Of a stretch of DNA of 64,000 nucleotides, positions 18,083 to 26,280 are shown piece after piece (position 1 is the first letter of the stretch; each line of letters begins with the position of its first letter). The notes under the pieces were generated by a model. That model saw only the letters and a list, made by a program, of their open reading frames with translations. It made no database searches and was not told where the DNA came from. The translations under genes and the position numbers were made by a program. Source of the stretch: Actinomycetes bacterium (lineage in GTDB: Bacteria; Actinomycetota; Actinomycetes; JAWWOW01); the NCBI GenBank assembly GCA_045807285.1, contig JBJMHR010000021.1, forward strand, positions 90,612 through 154,611, in the 5' to 3' direction.

Positions 18083-18928
18083 ATGACCCCGGGCCGCCTG
18101 CCCACCTTCTACGTGGTCGGGGCCATGAAGAGCGGGACGAGCAGCCTGCACCGGGCGATCGCCGCGCATCCGGACGTGTTCATGTCCACGCCCAAAGAGC
18201 TGCATTACTTCGTCGAAGATCGCAACTGGCAACGTGGCGTGCAGTGGTACGCCGAGCAGTTCGCGCCTGCAGACGGGGCCCTCGCTATTGGCGAAGCATC
18301 GGTGACCTACACGCAGATGCCCTACCGCCCAGGCGTGCCCGAACGGATGGCCGCGCTCACCCCGGAGGCGCGCATCATCTATCTCGTTCGACACCCCGTC
18401 GAACGGATGCTGTCGCATTACCGACACAACCTCGCGTGTGGCCGGGAGAGCCGCGAGCCGGACGCGGCGTTCGAGCGACGCGGCAACTACCTTGCCTTCA
18501 GCCGGTATGGCACGCAGCTCCGCTATTACCAGGACCGGTTTCCACCCGAGCAACTGCTCGTCCTGCCGGCGGAGCGCTTCTTTACCGATCCGGTCCGCGT
18601 GGTGCGTCGAATCTGGACATTTTTGGGCCTCCCGCCGAGCGACGTGGACGTGCCATCGGTTCTCATCAACGCGACGAAAGACCGCCCCGCCCCAGTCGCA
18701 GCGGCTCGGCGATTACGGCACTCCAAAGGTGTCGCCGGCGCCTGGAATGTCTTACCGAAAACTGTGCGCGCCCGTGTGAAGAAGGCTGTTCCGCGCAGCG
18801 CAATGGGCACCCAGCAACTCACGCTGAGTGTCGCCGAGCGACAGCGCATCCAGGATCTCCTCCGCCCCGAAGTGGCGATGATTGCGCCGTACGTCGACGG
18901 GCCGTTCGACCGCTGGGAACTGGTGTAG
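18083..18928 (+). CDS. Sulfotransferase family protein (paralog 2)
   Basis: FYVVGAMKSGTSSL P-loop. KELHYFVEDRNWQRGVQWY. IIYLVRHPVERMLSHY. Confidence 0.8.
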   Translation: MTPGRLPTFYVVGAMKSGTSSLHRAIAAHPDVFMSTPKELHYFVEDRNWQRGVQWYAEQFAPADGALAIGEASVTYTQMPYRPGVPERMAALTPEARIIYLVRHPVERMLSHYRHNLACGRESREPDAAFERRGNYLAFSRYGTQLRYYQDRFPPEQLLVLPAERFFTDPVRVVRRIWTFLGLPPSDVDVPSVLINATKDRPAPVAAARRLRHSKGVAGAWNVLPKTVRARVKKAVPRSAMGTQQLTLSVAERQRIQDLLRPEVAMIAPYVDGPFDRWELV

Positions 18929-19010
18929 CAAGCCGCGTTACGGGTTAGACTCACACCGACGACGAGGCCATGTCCGGTCCCTGCATCCTCGGCAATTTCC
19001 CGCCTGAAGG

Positions 19011-19457
19011 ATGACCGCCATGAGACCTGGCTCACCAGATTCACCATGCTTACGCGATGGCAACCTATTGCTGACCATCGGCCTCCCGGCTCTTCTCGTG
19101 TCGGTTCCCACCGCACGAGGGTTTGCCGCCCACGCGTGCGAAGAGTTCGGCGTGAGCACTGACTCGACGGAACGCGTCGAGCTCGTTGTATCCGAACTGT
19201 CGGCGAACGCTGTCAAGCATGCGGGTGGCGCCTTTCACCTCGCGCTGATCAAGACGTCCGCCGGAGTGCTCGTGGAGGTCGAAGACCCGCTCACCTGTGC
19301 TCCCCCGGTCGCCAGCCGTCCGGATGCAGATGCCGAGACCGGTCGAGGGCTGCAGGTTGTCGAGCAGCTATCCGACGACTGGGGCTGCGAGGCGCTGCCG
19401 GACGGCAAGCGCATGTGGGCACAGGTGCGGGATCAACCGCTCGTGACGACGACCTGA
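19011..19457 (+). CDS. Anti-sigma regulatory factor-like Ser/Thr kinase (RsbW-like HATPase_c)
   Basis: ELVVSELSANAVKHAGG (N-box) and GRGLQVVEQLSDDWG (G-box), about 148 aa. Confidence 0.65.
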   Translation: MTAMRPGSPDSPCLRDGNLLLTIGLPALLVSVPTARGFAAHACEEFGVSTDSTERVELVVSELSANAVKHAGGAFHLALIKTSAGVLVEVEDPLTCAPPVASRPDADAETGRGLQVVEQLSDDWGCEALPDGKRMWAQVRDQPLVTTT

Positions 19458-22243
19458 TCCATCTTCCCGGTGTACTGATCGCCGCCGTCGTCCGCACCGG
19501 ACGGGTCGAACTTCGCGGAAATCGACATCGGTGACTTGTTGGCAATGGCCCCGATGGAGGTGTTCTTGGCCTTGACCGAGCCACCGTCCACCTGAACGCT
19601 CACCGACGAAGTGCTAAACGTGCAGACGATCGTGTGCCAACTGCCCTTGGAGAGACTGTTCGCGCTCAACAGGTCGCCGGGACCGGCCTTCCCGTTGGTG
19701 TAGCAGCGCGCGTGGCCGTCTTCCATGATCTCGATCTTCCAGTCCTGGTCGTCGCTGCCCAGGCCTTTGCGGAGCAGGTCGAAGTCACCGACGGCAGCGG
19801 AGGGCCACGCGTCGAACCTCAGGTGCAGGCTGACGGTGAACTTCTTGGTTCCCGGGTTGAGGCTCGAGGAGTGCGGAACGAGCACTCGTGACATCGACCC
19901 GTCGACCTTCGGAAACCCATATGCAATCGCGGCCGAGTGGTCGGCCTGACCGATGGCGACGTTGCGCAGCGTGCCGTCGTTCCCGTAGCCGCTCGAGTCA
20001 TGCATCGTCCCGTCTGCGCCGTCCGCCATGGACCAGTTGGCCACTGTGACGGCACCCGGGCTGCCCACGACCGTGCCGGTGGGCTGCGACATCGCGGACG
20101 TCGAGCTCTGCCCGTACTTGTCCGTCACAGTGACACTGACGGAGATCGTGGTGGCGTCGTCGTACGTTCGCACGAGATAACTCGGGGCCGTGCTCCCGGA
20201 CTCTTCCGGTGCGCATGTGTTGGCATCGGTGCATTGCTGCCACAGATACTGGAACGTCAAGTCGCCAGGCTGGTATGTGTAGCCGTTGTCACTCGGCGCC
20301 CAGCCTCCGGGCGTCGCCGACAGCGTGTCCCCAACCTCAGCAGTTCCCTGTATCGCCGGCAAAGCTGTGTTCACCGGTCCGGTCCCAACGACGACTCCGC
20401 TGGGCGCGGTGTACGCCGTCACCGTGTTGACCGTGTTCGACCTCGTGACGGCGACGACGACGACGCTGTCGCGGTCGGCGTCCACCAACGTGTACTGGGC
20501 CGGTGTTCCGGAGTTCGCGAACACGCCGGTACAGGTGGAGACGTCGGGCGGTACGACGCCTTGCGGGCAGCGCAGCCAGGTGTACGCCGGATCACTGACG
20601 TTCGTCCCGGACCAGGTGCCGGGCGAGACCGTCAACGTCGACTGCACCGCCGTGGCACCGCTGACCGACGGGTTGACGACCACGGCAACAGGTGCGGGCG
20701 CCACCGGCCCTTGCGACGGTGCCGGCGCCGACCCGGTCGAGCTGGCGTCATTGTGACCGGTGACGACGACACGCACGTAGTCGCCGACATCACCGGGACC
20801 GAGGGTGTAGGTGTCGAGCGTCGCGCCCGTGAGATCCGTCCAAGCGGCGTTGTCCGGCGAGGTCTGCCACTGGTAGGTGAACGTCACAGTCGGCGTACCG
20901 CTCCAGGTCCCCGGAGTGGAGGTCAATGTCGCCCCGTCGACCAGCGCGCCGCTCATCGACGGCACTGCGGTGTTGACGGGAGCCGCTGCGCGGGCGACGT
21001 TCGTGCTCGCAGAGGGCGTCGACGCGCTGCCGTCAGCGTTCGTCGAGGTCTCGAGTACCCGGATCGTGTGTCCGACGTCCCCCGACACGAGCGTGTAGCT
21101 CGAGCCGGTTGCCCCGGCGATCGACGTACAAGCAGCGCCGGTGCTATCGCATTGCTGCCAGTTGTGCAGCAACGGCCCCTGGTTGGTCCAGGTACCGACG
21201 GTGACGTGCAGGACGGTGCCGTCAAAGGGCGACGGTTTGTCGATCGTCGGGGGCGCGTTGTTGACCGGCGGGTTAGGGCCGGTGACGACGACGGCACTCA
21301 AGGCGCTGTTCGCCGCCCCGGCGGGGTTCGTCCCGTTCGAGGCGGTGACCGAGAGAACGAGCGTGTCCCCGATGTCGGCGGCCGCAGGGGTGTAGGACGC
21401 CTTCGTCGCGCCGGAGATCGGCTGGCAGTTCGCCCCGACCGAGTCACAACCGTTCCATTGGTAGGCGTAGGTGAACGGAGGCGTGCCGTTCCAGGACCCG
21501 GGCGTCGATGACAACGACTGGCCTGATGTCGGTGTGCCAACGGTAGTGGGGAGCGAGTTGTTCGTCGGCGGCGCGGCTGCGATCAATGCGGTCGACGCCG
21601 ACGTTGCGTTCGAGCTGCCGGCCGTGTTGGTGCCGGTGACCCGAAGCTGGACCGTCTTACCCACATCTGCGTGTGCGAGCTGGTAGGTCGACGCCTTGGC
21701 ACCGCTGATCGAGGAACAGGTCCCGTTGAGGCAGCGCTGCCACACATACGTGAACGTGATCGGGGTCTGCCCGGTCCACGTCCCGTTCGTCGAGGACAGC
21801 AACGCGCCGTCAGTCGGCGTACCGGACACCGTCGGGGCAGCCGTGTTGGCCGGCGCCGCGCCGGCGGTCACAGCGGTGCTCCGGGCGGAGAACGCGGTCT
21901 TGCTGCCCGCCGAGTTCGTCGCGATCACGCGAGACCGCAGCTGCTTGCCTTTGTCCGCGGCGACCACCACATAGGTCGTCGCCGCGGAACCCGAGATGTT
22001 GCTGCACGACCCACCGACAACGCAGCGCTGCCACAGGTAGGTGAACGTCGGCGCGGGACTGCCGGACCACGTGCCGGCTGTCGTCGCCATCGCCTGGCCG
22101 ACCGTCGGCTGGCCGCTCAACACAGGCGCCGTCGTCAACTTCGGCGCTGTCGCGGCATGTGCCTGCCCGGCGGGGATCGCAATGGCGACGGCAATGACGG
22201 CAGGCGAGAGAACGCGTGCCCACTTTCGGCTCGCGTCAGCCAT
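19433..22243 (-). CDS. Secreted protein with seven ~88-aa Ig-like repeats and C-terminal LamG (concanavalin-A-like) domain
   Basis: Signal peptide MADASRKWARVLSPAVIAVAIAIPAGQAHA. Seven repeats with a conserved T.GxWxG.P..TFTY.WQRC...C..I.GA motif. The C-terminal ~200 aa has the Laminin_G_3 pattern (SGYGNDGTL...FTVSLHLRFDAW). Confidence 0.7.
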   Translation of the reverse strand: MADASRKWARVLSPAVIAVAIAIPAGQAHAATAPKLTTAPVLSGQPTVGQAMATTAGTWSGSPAPTFTYLWQRCVVGGSCSNISGSAATTYVVVAADKGKQLRSRVIATNSAGSKTAFSARSTAVTAGAAPANTAAPTVSGTPTDGALLSSTNGTWTGQTPITFTYVWQRCLNGTCSSISGAKASTYQLAHADVGKTVQLRVTGTNTAGSSNATSASTALIAAAPPTNNSLPTTVGTPTSGQSLSSTPGSWNGTPPFTYAYQWNGCDSVGANCQPISGATKASYTPAAADIGDTLVLSVTASNGTNPAGAANSALSAVVVTGPNPPVNNAPPTIDKPSPFDGTVLHVTVGTWTNQGPLLHNWQQCDSTGAACTSIAGATGSSYTLVSGDVGHTIRVLETSTNADGSASTPSASTNVARAAAPVNTAVPSMSGALVDGATLTSTPGTWSGTPTVTFTYQWQTSPDNAAWTDLTGATLDTYTLGPGDVGDYVRVVVTGHNDASSTGSAPAPSQGPVAPAPVAVVVNPSVSGATAVQSTLTVSPGTWSGTNVSDPAYTWLRCPQGVVPPDVSTCTGVFANSGTPAQYTLVDADRDSVVVVAVTRSNTVNTVTAYTAPSGVVVGTGPVNTALPAIQGTAEVGDTLSATPGGWAPSDNGYTYQPGDLTFQYLWQQCTDANTCAPEESGSTAPSYLVRTYDDATTISVSVTVTDKYGQSSTSAMSQPTGTVVGSPGAVTVANWSMADGADGTMHDSSGYGNDGTLRNVAIGQADHSAAIAYGFPKVDGSMSRVLVPHSSSLNPGTKKFTVSLHLRFDAWPSAAVGDFDLLRKGLGSDDQDWKIEIMEDGHARCYTNGKAGPGDLLSANSLSKGSWHTIVCTFSTSSVSVQVDGGSVKAKNTSIGAIANKSPMSISAKFDPSGADDGGDQYTGKMDQVVVTSG

Positions 22244-24509
22244 CGAGTCCTCGCGTTTCAGTTGGGTCTCGACTTGACAGAGTGGTCAGGCGCCGGATTC
22301 GTACGACGAGGCGCCCAGCAATCCGGACAGCACGGCGCCGCTGGAGCCCGGCCCCGTCACCGAGCAACCGAGGCCAGCTGACGCTCAGCCGGTGCTGCGT
22401 CCGGAGCAGGTGCTGCCGCCACCGCGGCAGCCGGCGGAGTTGGTCGAAGCTCAGCCCGACGTAGGGCTGCCAGGCAGTCCGGTATCCCAGGCCGTACGCG
22501 TTGACAGGCAGGTCGCCGGGGAAGCCCGGGGGGGGTCCCGCGATGTCGTAGGAGTCGCGGAAGCCGCGCGGCGGGTCGGCGTACCGGTGCAGGAACTCGA
22601 AGTCGACGACGTAGACGCGGCCAGTGGCCGTAACGATCAGGTTGCCCGGCGTGAAGTCGATGAGCGCGACCCCCTGCGCGAACAGGTACTCCGCGACGGC
22701 CATCGCCTCGTGCACCACGCTCAGGGGCAGCAGACGTGGATGCCTACGGTCGAAGCGCAGCGTGTTCTCGCGGTACGGAAGTACGACGGAGTCCGCGTCC
22801 GCACTCACGAGCGGAAGGAGCTGGCGGCTACCGGGCGCAAGCTGCTCGGCAACGAACCGCTCGCGGGCGGCGAACCGCTCACATCCCGGTCGAAATCGCT
22901 TCCGCACCTGCAAGTCACCATCGTGCGCAACAAGCTCGATGCGGGCCCGTCGCCCGTGCGCCGTGAGCTCACGGATGCAGTCCGGCGCGGGGGCAAATGC
23001 CGCCGTCAGCTGTTCGGTTCGGCTGATCAGCCGGCGCGCGAGCCGCGGCAGCGCGCACTTCAGATAGTCGACGGCCTCATCGGCGTTGTCGCTCGAATGC
23101 AGGATGTTGCACTGCTCGGAGGCGGCCCGGGTCGCGTTGAACTCATCGCGGATCTCGCGCTTCACGAGCAAGCGAGCGTTGCCGAGCGCGGGCCACGTCT
23201 GCCGCCTGCGCGCGTCCACCGGAGCCGGCATGACGTCGACGGCGACGACGACGATCGCTGGCGGGCCGCCCGAGATGGGATACGGCCCGCGTTCCCAGTT
23301 CCCACCGCGAACCGCGGTGGCGACACGATCTCTCGCCGCGCAGTCGAGCGGGCTCGTGTGCAGCACGGTGAAGCCCTCGGCTGCGATGCGCGCGACGATG
23401 CCGTCGACCGCACCGGCAGCCACCGCCTGCTCGCGGATGAAGAAGACGGCGAGACCGTCAACCGCGTCTCCCGTCGGCCGGCTCGCGAGCTGCGCCGCCC
23501 ACGGGTTGATGACGGCCAGCCGATGCAGCACGTCCCGTGACGGTCGCAGGCCGTGCTCGCTCAGGACTGCGTCGAGTTCCTGCAGCGATCGAGGCGGCTC
23601 GATGCCGGCAACCGTCGCCGTTCGAGCCAGCGCGGTGAGGTAGTCGTGGTCGCGGCACTGCTCTGGCGCGTCACCGCGGTGCACGGGCAAGCCGCTCGCT
23701 GCCCCCTTGTGGTAGGCGACGTGGTAGGCGAGCGCCAGAAACGCGTCATGCGGGTTCGGCACCGGAAAGCGGCCGCGGAGCAGCTCGGCGCGCGCCACGA
23801 TGCGCTGCGCGAGCCGCGGCGGAAAGTAGGCCATTGCCTGGAAGTCGGTGCCGGGTAGCCCGGACACCGAGTAGACGTCGCATGGTTCGGTGCCGGGCCG
23901 CTCCGCGAGCACTGCGTCGACCAGCGGAAGGTCCTGATCGCGCACGAGCAGGTCGAGGTCCTCCCCCGGCGGCAGGTCCGGTAGGTCGTCGTACCACCGA
24001 AGGACGACGAACTGCGCGCCCGCCGCCGTCAACCGGTCGAGGAACCCGCCGGGGCCGTCCGCGGCGGAGTACCACCGTCGCGCCGTCGGCTCGCGTTGAC
24101 GCACCACAGAGAACAGGTCGGCGCGCACCGCCGAGTCGGCAAGGTTCACCTGACCGCATGCCTGCAACCTGCCGCGGGCGAGGTCGCGGCGGATTCGGAC
24201 GATGCCCGCTGGCCGGGCGCGGGTGCGCAGGACCGCGACGTGCGCTGCACCGCTGAGGTCACGGAACCGCAGGCCGGCCACGTTGACTCGTGGATCGAGC
24301 AGTACGACGTCCGTGCTCGAGCGCCGTACCCGAGCGGGCCAGTCGGCATCCGGAGGCACCACTAAGCAACGCTCGCCCCATGTCCGCAGCAGCAGTCCGG
24401 ATACGCGGTCGTCCGCCGTCACGGCGATCAACCGCCCGCGGCCGCTGGCGGCGGCAGCAAGAGCGCCGGTCCGCGCCGGTTCTGCGACAGCAGTGCTCAT
24501 ACGAGACAC
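22236..24509 (-). CDS. Large cytoplasmic protein: N-terminal NTP_transf_5-like nucleotidyltransferase domain fused to C-terminal Kdo/WaaP-like kinase-fold domain
   Basis: N-terminal AGAQFVVLRWYDDLPDLPPGEDLDLLVRDQD matches the uncharacterised nucleotidyltransferase (hhLKG...DhDLLV) pattern. C-terminal LIDFTPGNLIVTATGRVYVVDFEFLHRY matches the protein-kinase-like HGD..PGN...hDFE catalytic/Mg loops. Confidence 0.55.
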   Translation of the reverse strand: MSRMSTAVAEPARTGALAAAASGRGRLIAVTADDRVSGLLLRTWGERCLVVPPDADWPARVRRSSTDVVLLDPRVNVAGLRFRDLSGAAHVAVLRTRARPAGIVRIRRDLARGRLQACGQVNLADSAVRADLFSVVRQREPTARRWYSAADGPGGFLDRLTAAGAQFVVLRWYDDLPDLPPGEDLDLLVRDQDLPLVDAVLAERPGTEPCDVYSVSGLPGTDFQAMAYFPPRLAQRIVARAELLRGRFPVPNPHDAFLALAYHVAYHKGAASGLPVHRGDAPEQCRDHDYLTALARTATVAGIEPPRSLQELDAVLSEHGLRPSRDVLHRLAVINPWAAQLASRPTGDAVDGLAVFFIREQAVAAGAVDGIVARIAAEGFTVLHTSPLDCAARDRVATAVRGGNWERGPYPISGGPPAIVVVAVDVMPAPVDARRRQTWPALGNARLLVKREIRDEFNATRAASEQCNILHSSDNADEAVDYLKCALPRLARRLISRTEQLTAAFAPAPDCIRELTAHGRRARIELVAHDGDLQVRKRFRPGCERFAARERFVAEQLAPGSRQLLPLVSADADSVVLPYRENTLRFDRRHPRLLPLSVVHEAMAVAEYLFAQGVALIDFTPGNLIVTATGRVYVVDFEFLHRYADPPRGFRDSYDIAGPPPGFPGDLPVNAYGLGYRTAWQPYVGLSFDQLRRLPRWRQHLLRTQHRLSVSWPRLLGDGAGLQRRRAVRIAGRLVVRIRRLTTLSSRDPTETRGLDG

Positions 24510-25240
24510 GGCGCGAGGGCGGCTTGCTTGACCGCTTGCTTCGCGCTGTCTGCTGTTTTGTTCGCTGCCGTCACCACGCCGGAGGCCTGCCGAACGACAT
24601 CGGAGGTGACCTTGTCGTTGGCGGCGATCGACGCGTGCACCGAGTCGACGACCTTCGAGGGCCCGGTGACCAGTGGGTGCGCAGCGACCGCGTTGTACAG
24701 CACTTCCAAGGCCTGCAACGCACGGATGCGTGCCTTGCCATAGTCGGCGCGGGCGCTCCGCACACCCGTCACGGCGTGCGCGATCGAGGCGAGCTGAGCG
24801 CGGGTCGGTCGAAGCGCCTTGTCAGCAGCACGGGAGGCAGCGAAGGACGCGGCACAGTCGCCGGCCTGGCCGGCTGAGTAGGCCCGCCCGATCTGACGTT
24901 GGACCGCAGCGATCTCGGCCGTGAAGCGGCCCATGGCGGGACCCAGCCCGGACTGTGAGCCCCGCGCGCGCACCGCTGCCGCGGCGGCGTCGAGCGCGCC
25001 GAGGGCATCTTCGACCGATGCCTGCGCCCGCACGAGATCCGGCGGGCGGCCGGCGTTTCGCCGCACTGAGCCGATCGTGCCGGGCGCCGGCGGTGCCGGG
25101 GCCGGTGCCGTCGTGCGAGTGGTCGGGGCGGCCTGTGGCTTCAGGGCATGCCCGCTCGATCCGCTGCCGGCACCACATGCCGTCACGCCGAGGGCGATTC
25201 CCGCGACCACAGCTGCAGCGCTGCGGGTGAGGGTGCTCAC
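24497..25240 (-). CDS. Ala-rich secreted lipoprotein, function unknown
   Basis: The GTG start at 25240 overlaps the epimerase stop (GTGA). The lipobox is LGVTAC. The rest is alpha-helical and Ala-rich. The ORF-track N-terminal extension to 25522 is rejected as R/H-rich junk. Confidence 0.5.
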   Translation of the reverse strand: MSTLTRSAAAVVAGIALGVTACGAGSGSSGHALKPQAAPTTRTTAPAPAPPAPGTIGSVRRNAGRPPDLVRAQASVEDALGALDAAAAAVRARGSQSGLGPAMGRFTAEIAAVQRQIGRAYSAGQAGDCAASFAASRAADKALRPTRAQLASIAHAVTGVRSARADYGKARIRALQALEVLYNAVAAHPLVTGPSKVVDSVHASIAANDKVTSDVVRQASGVVTAANKTADSAKQAVKQAALAPCLV

Positions 25241-26265
25241 TTGTCCCTGACCTGAGGTGTCGTGATGTCGACGCTCTGGGCGCCGACCATGCGTTCGGGC
25301 TTGGCCAACCACCGGACGTCGCGGCGGTGCCGATGCCAATGCACCTGCTCGGCGATGCCGGCGCGCAGTGAGACGTGCGGCGTCCAGCCCAACAACTGTG
25401 CAGCTCGACTGATGTCGGCGGCTGTCTTGTCCACGTCGCCCGCTTGCGCAGAGACGGTTTCGCTGTCCACCGCCAGGCCAACGGCCTGCGAGATGATCCG
25501 TAGCAGTTCGTTCACCGTGCATGCGCCGCCGCCTGCGATGTTGACGGTGGTGCCTGGCGGCAGGTCGGTCGCCTCGCCCGCACGGATCGTGGCAGCGACG
25601 GCATCGAGCACGAAGGTGAAGTCGCGGACCTGCTCCCCGTCACCGAAAACCATGGCCGGGTGCCCGTCGAGTGCCGACTCGATGAACCGGTGGATGCCCA
25701 TGTCCGGCCGCTGCCGCGGTCCATAAACGGTGAAGTAGCGCAACGAAGTTGTCGGGACGCCGTAGTTGGCGGCGTACAGATGACACAGGTGTTCGGCCGC
25801 GAGCTTGGTCACGCCGTAGGGGCTGTGCGGTGCCGGTAAAGCGTGCTCGTGGGTCGGGTAACCAGCGGCGTTGCCGTACACCGACGAGCTCGACGCGTAG
25901 ACGAACCGCGTCAGGGAGTCAATGTGCCGGCACTCTTCGAGGAGGCGTTGCGTGACCATCACGTTCTGTTCGACGTAGCCCCTGAACCCTCGCTCCCACG
26001 ACGGCCGCACACCGGGTTGGCCGGCCAGGTGGAAGACGACCTCGGCCCCGGACAGGATCGAGCGCAGTTCGCTGCGACCGAGGTCGCGAGCGAGGAACTG
26101 GAAACGTTGGTGCGTGAGGTACGGCGCGATGTTCTCCTGCTTCTGCGCCGGGTCGTAATAGGGGGTCAGCGCGTCCACGCCGACGACATCGTGCCCGGCG
26201 CCGAGCAGCCGCTCGACCAGAAAGCTCCCGATGAAACCGGCCGCCCCCGTGACGACGACTCTCAT
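25237..26265 (-). CDS. NAD-dependent epimerase/dehydratase (UDP-sugar 4-epimerase-like, extended SDR)
   Basis: VVTGAAGFIGSFLVERL Rossmann motif. YASSSSVYG and the YGVTK catalytic YxxxK. Confidence 0.85.
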   Translation of the reverse strand: MRVVVTGAAGFIGSFLVERLLGAGHDVVGVDALTPYYDPAQKQENIAPYLTHQRFQFLARDLGRSELRSILSGAEVVFHLAGQPGVRPSWERGFRGYVEQNVMVTQRLLEECRHIDSLTRFVYASSSSVYGNAAGYPTHEHALPAPHSPYGVTKLAAEHLCHLYAANYGVPTTSLRYFTVYGPRQRPDMGIHRFIESALDGHPAMVFGDGEQVRDFTFVLDAVAATIRAGEATDLPPGTTVNIAGGGACTVNELLRIISQAVGLAVDSETVSAQAGDVDKTAADISRAAQLLGWTPHVSLRAGIAEQVHWHRHRRDVRWLAKPERMVGAQSVDITTPQVRDK

Positions 26266-26280
26266 GTCGGTTCCCCCGGC

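Noticed and set aside
19937-21511. 524-aa plus-strand ORF
   Set aside because: Antisense to the Ig-like/LamG gene. R/G/D-rich, with no domain features.
24497-25522. ORF-track 341-aa version of the lipoprotein gene
   Set aside because: The N-terminal 94 aa are R/H-rich. A GTG embedded in the upstream stop (GTGA) immediately precedes a lipoprotein signal peptide, so the shorter model 24497-25240 is preferred.
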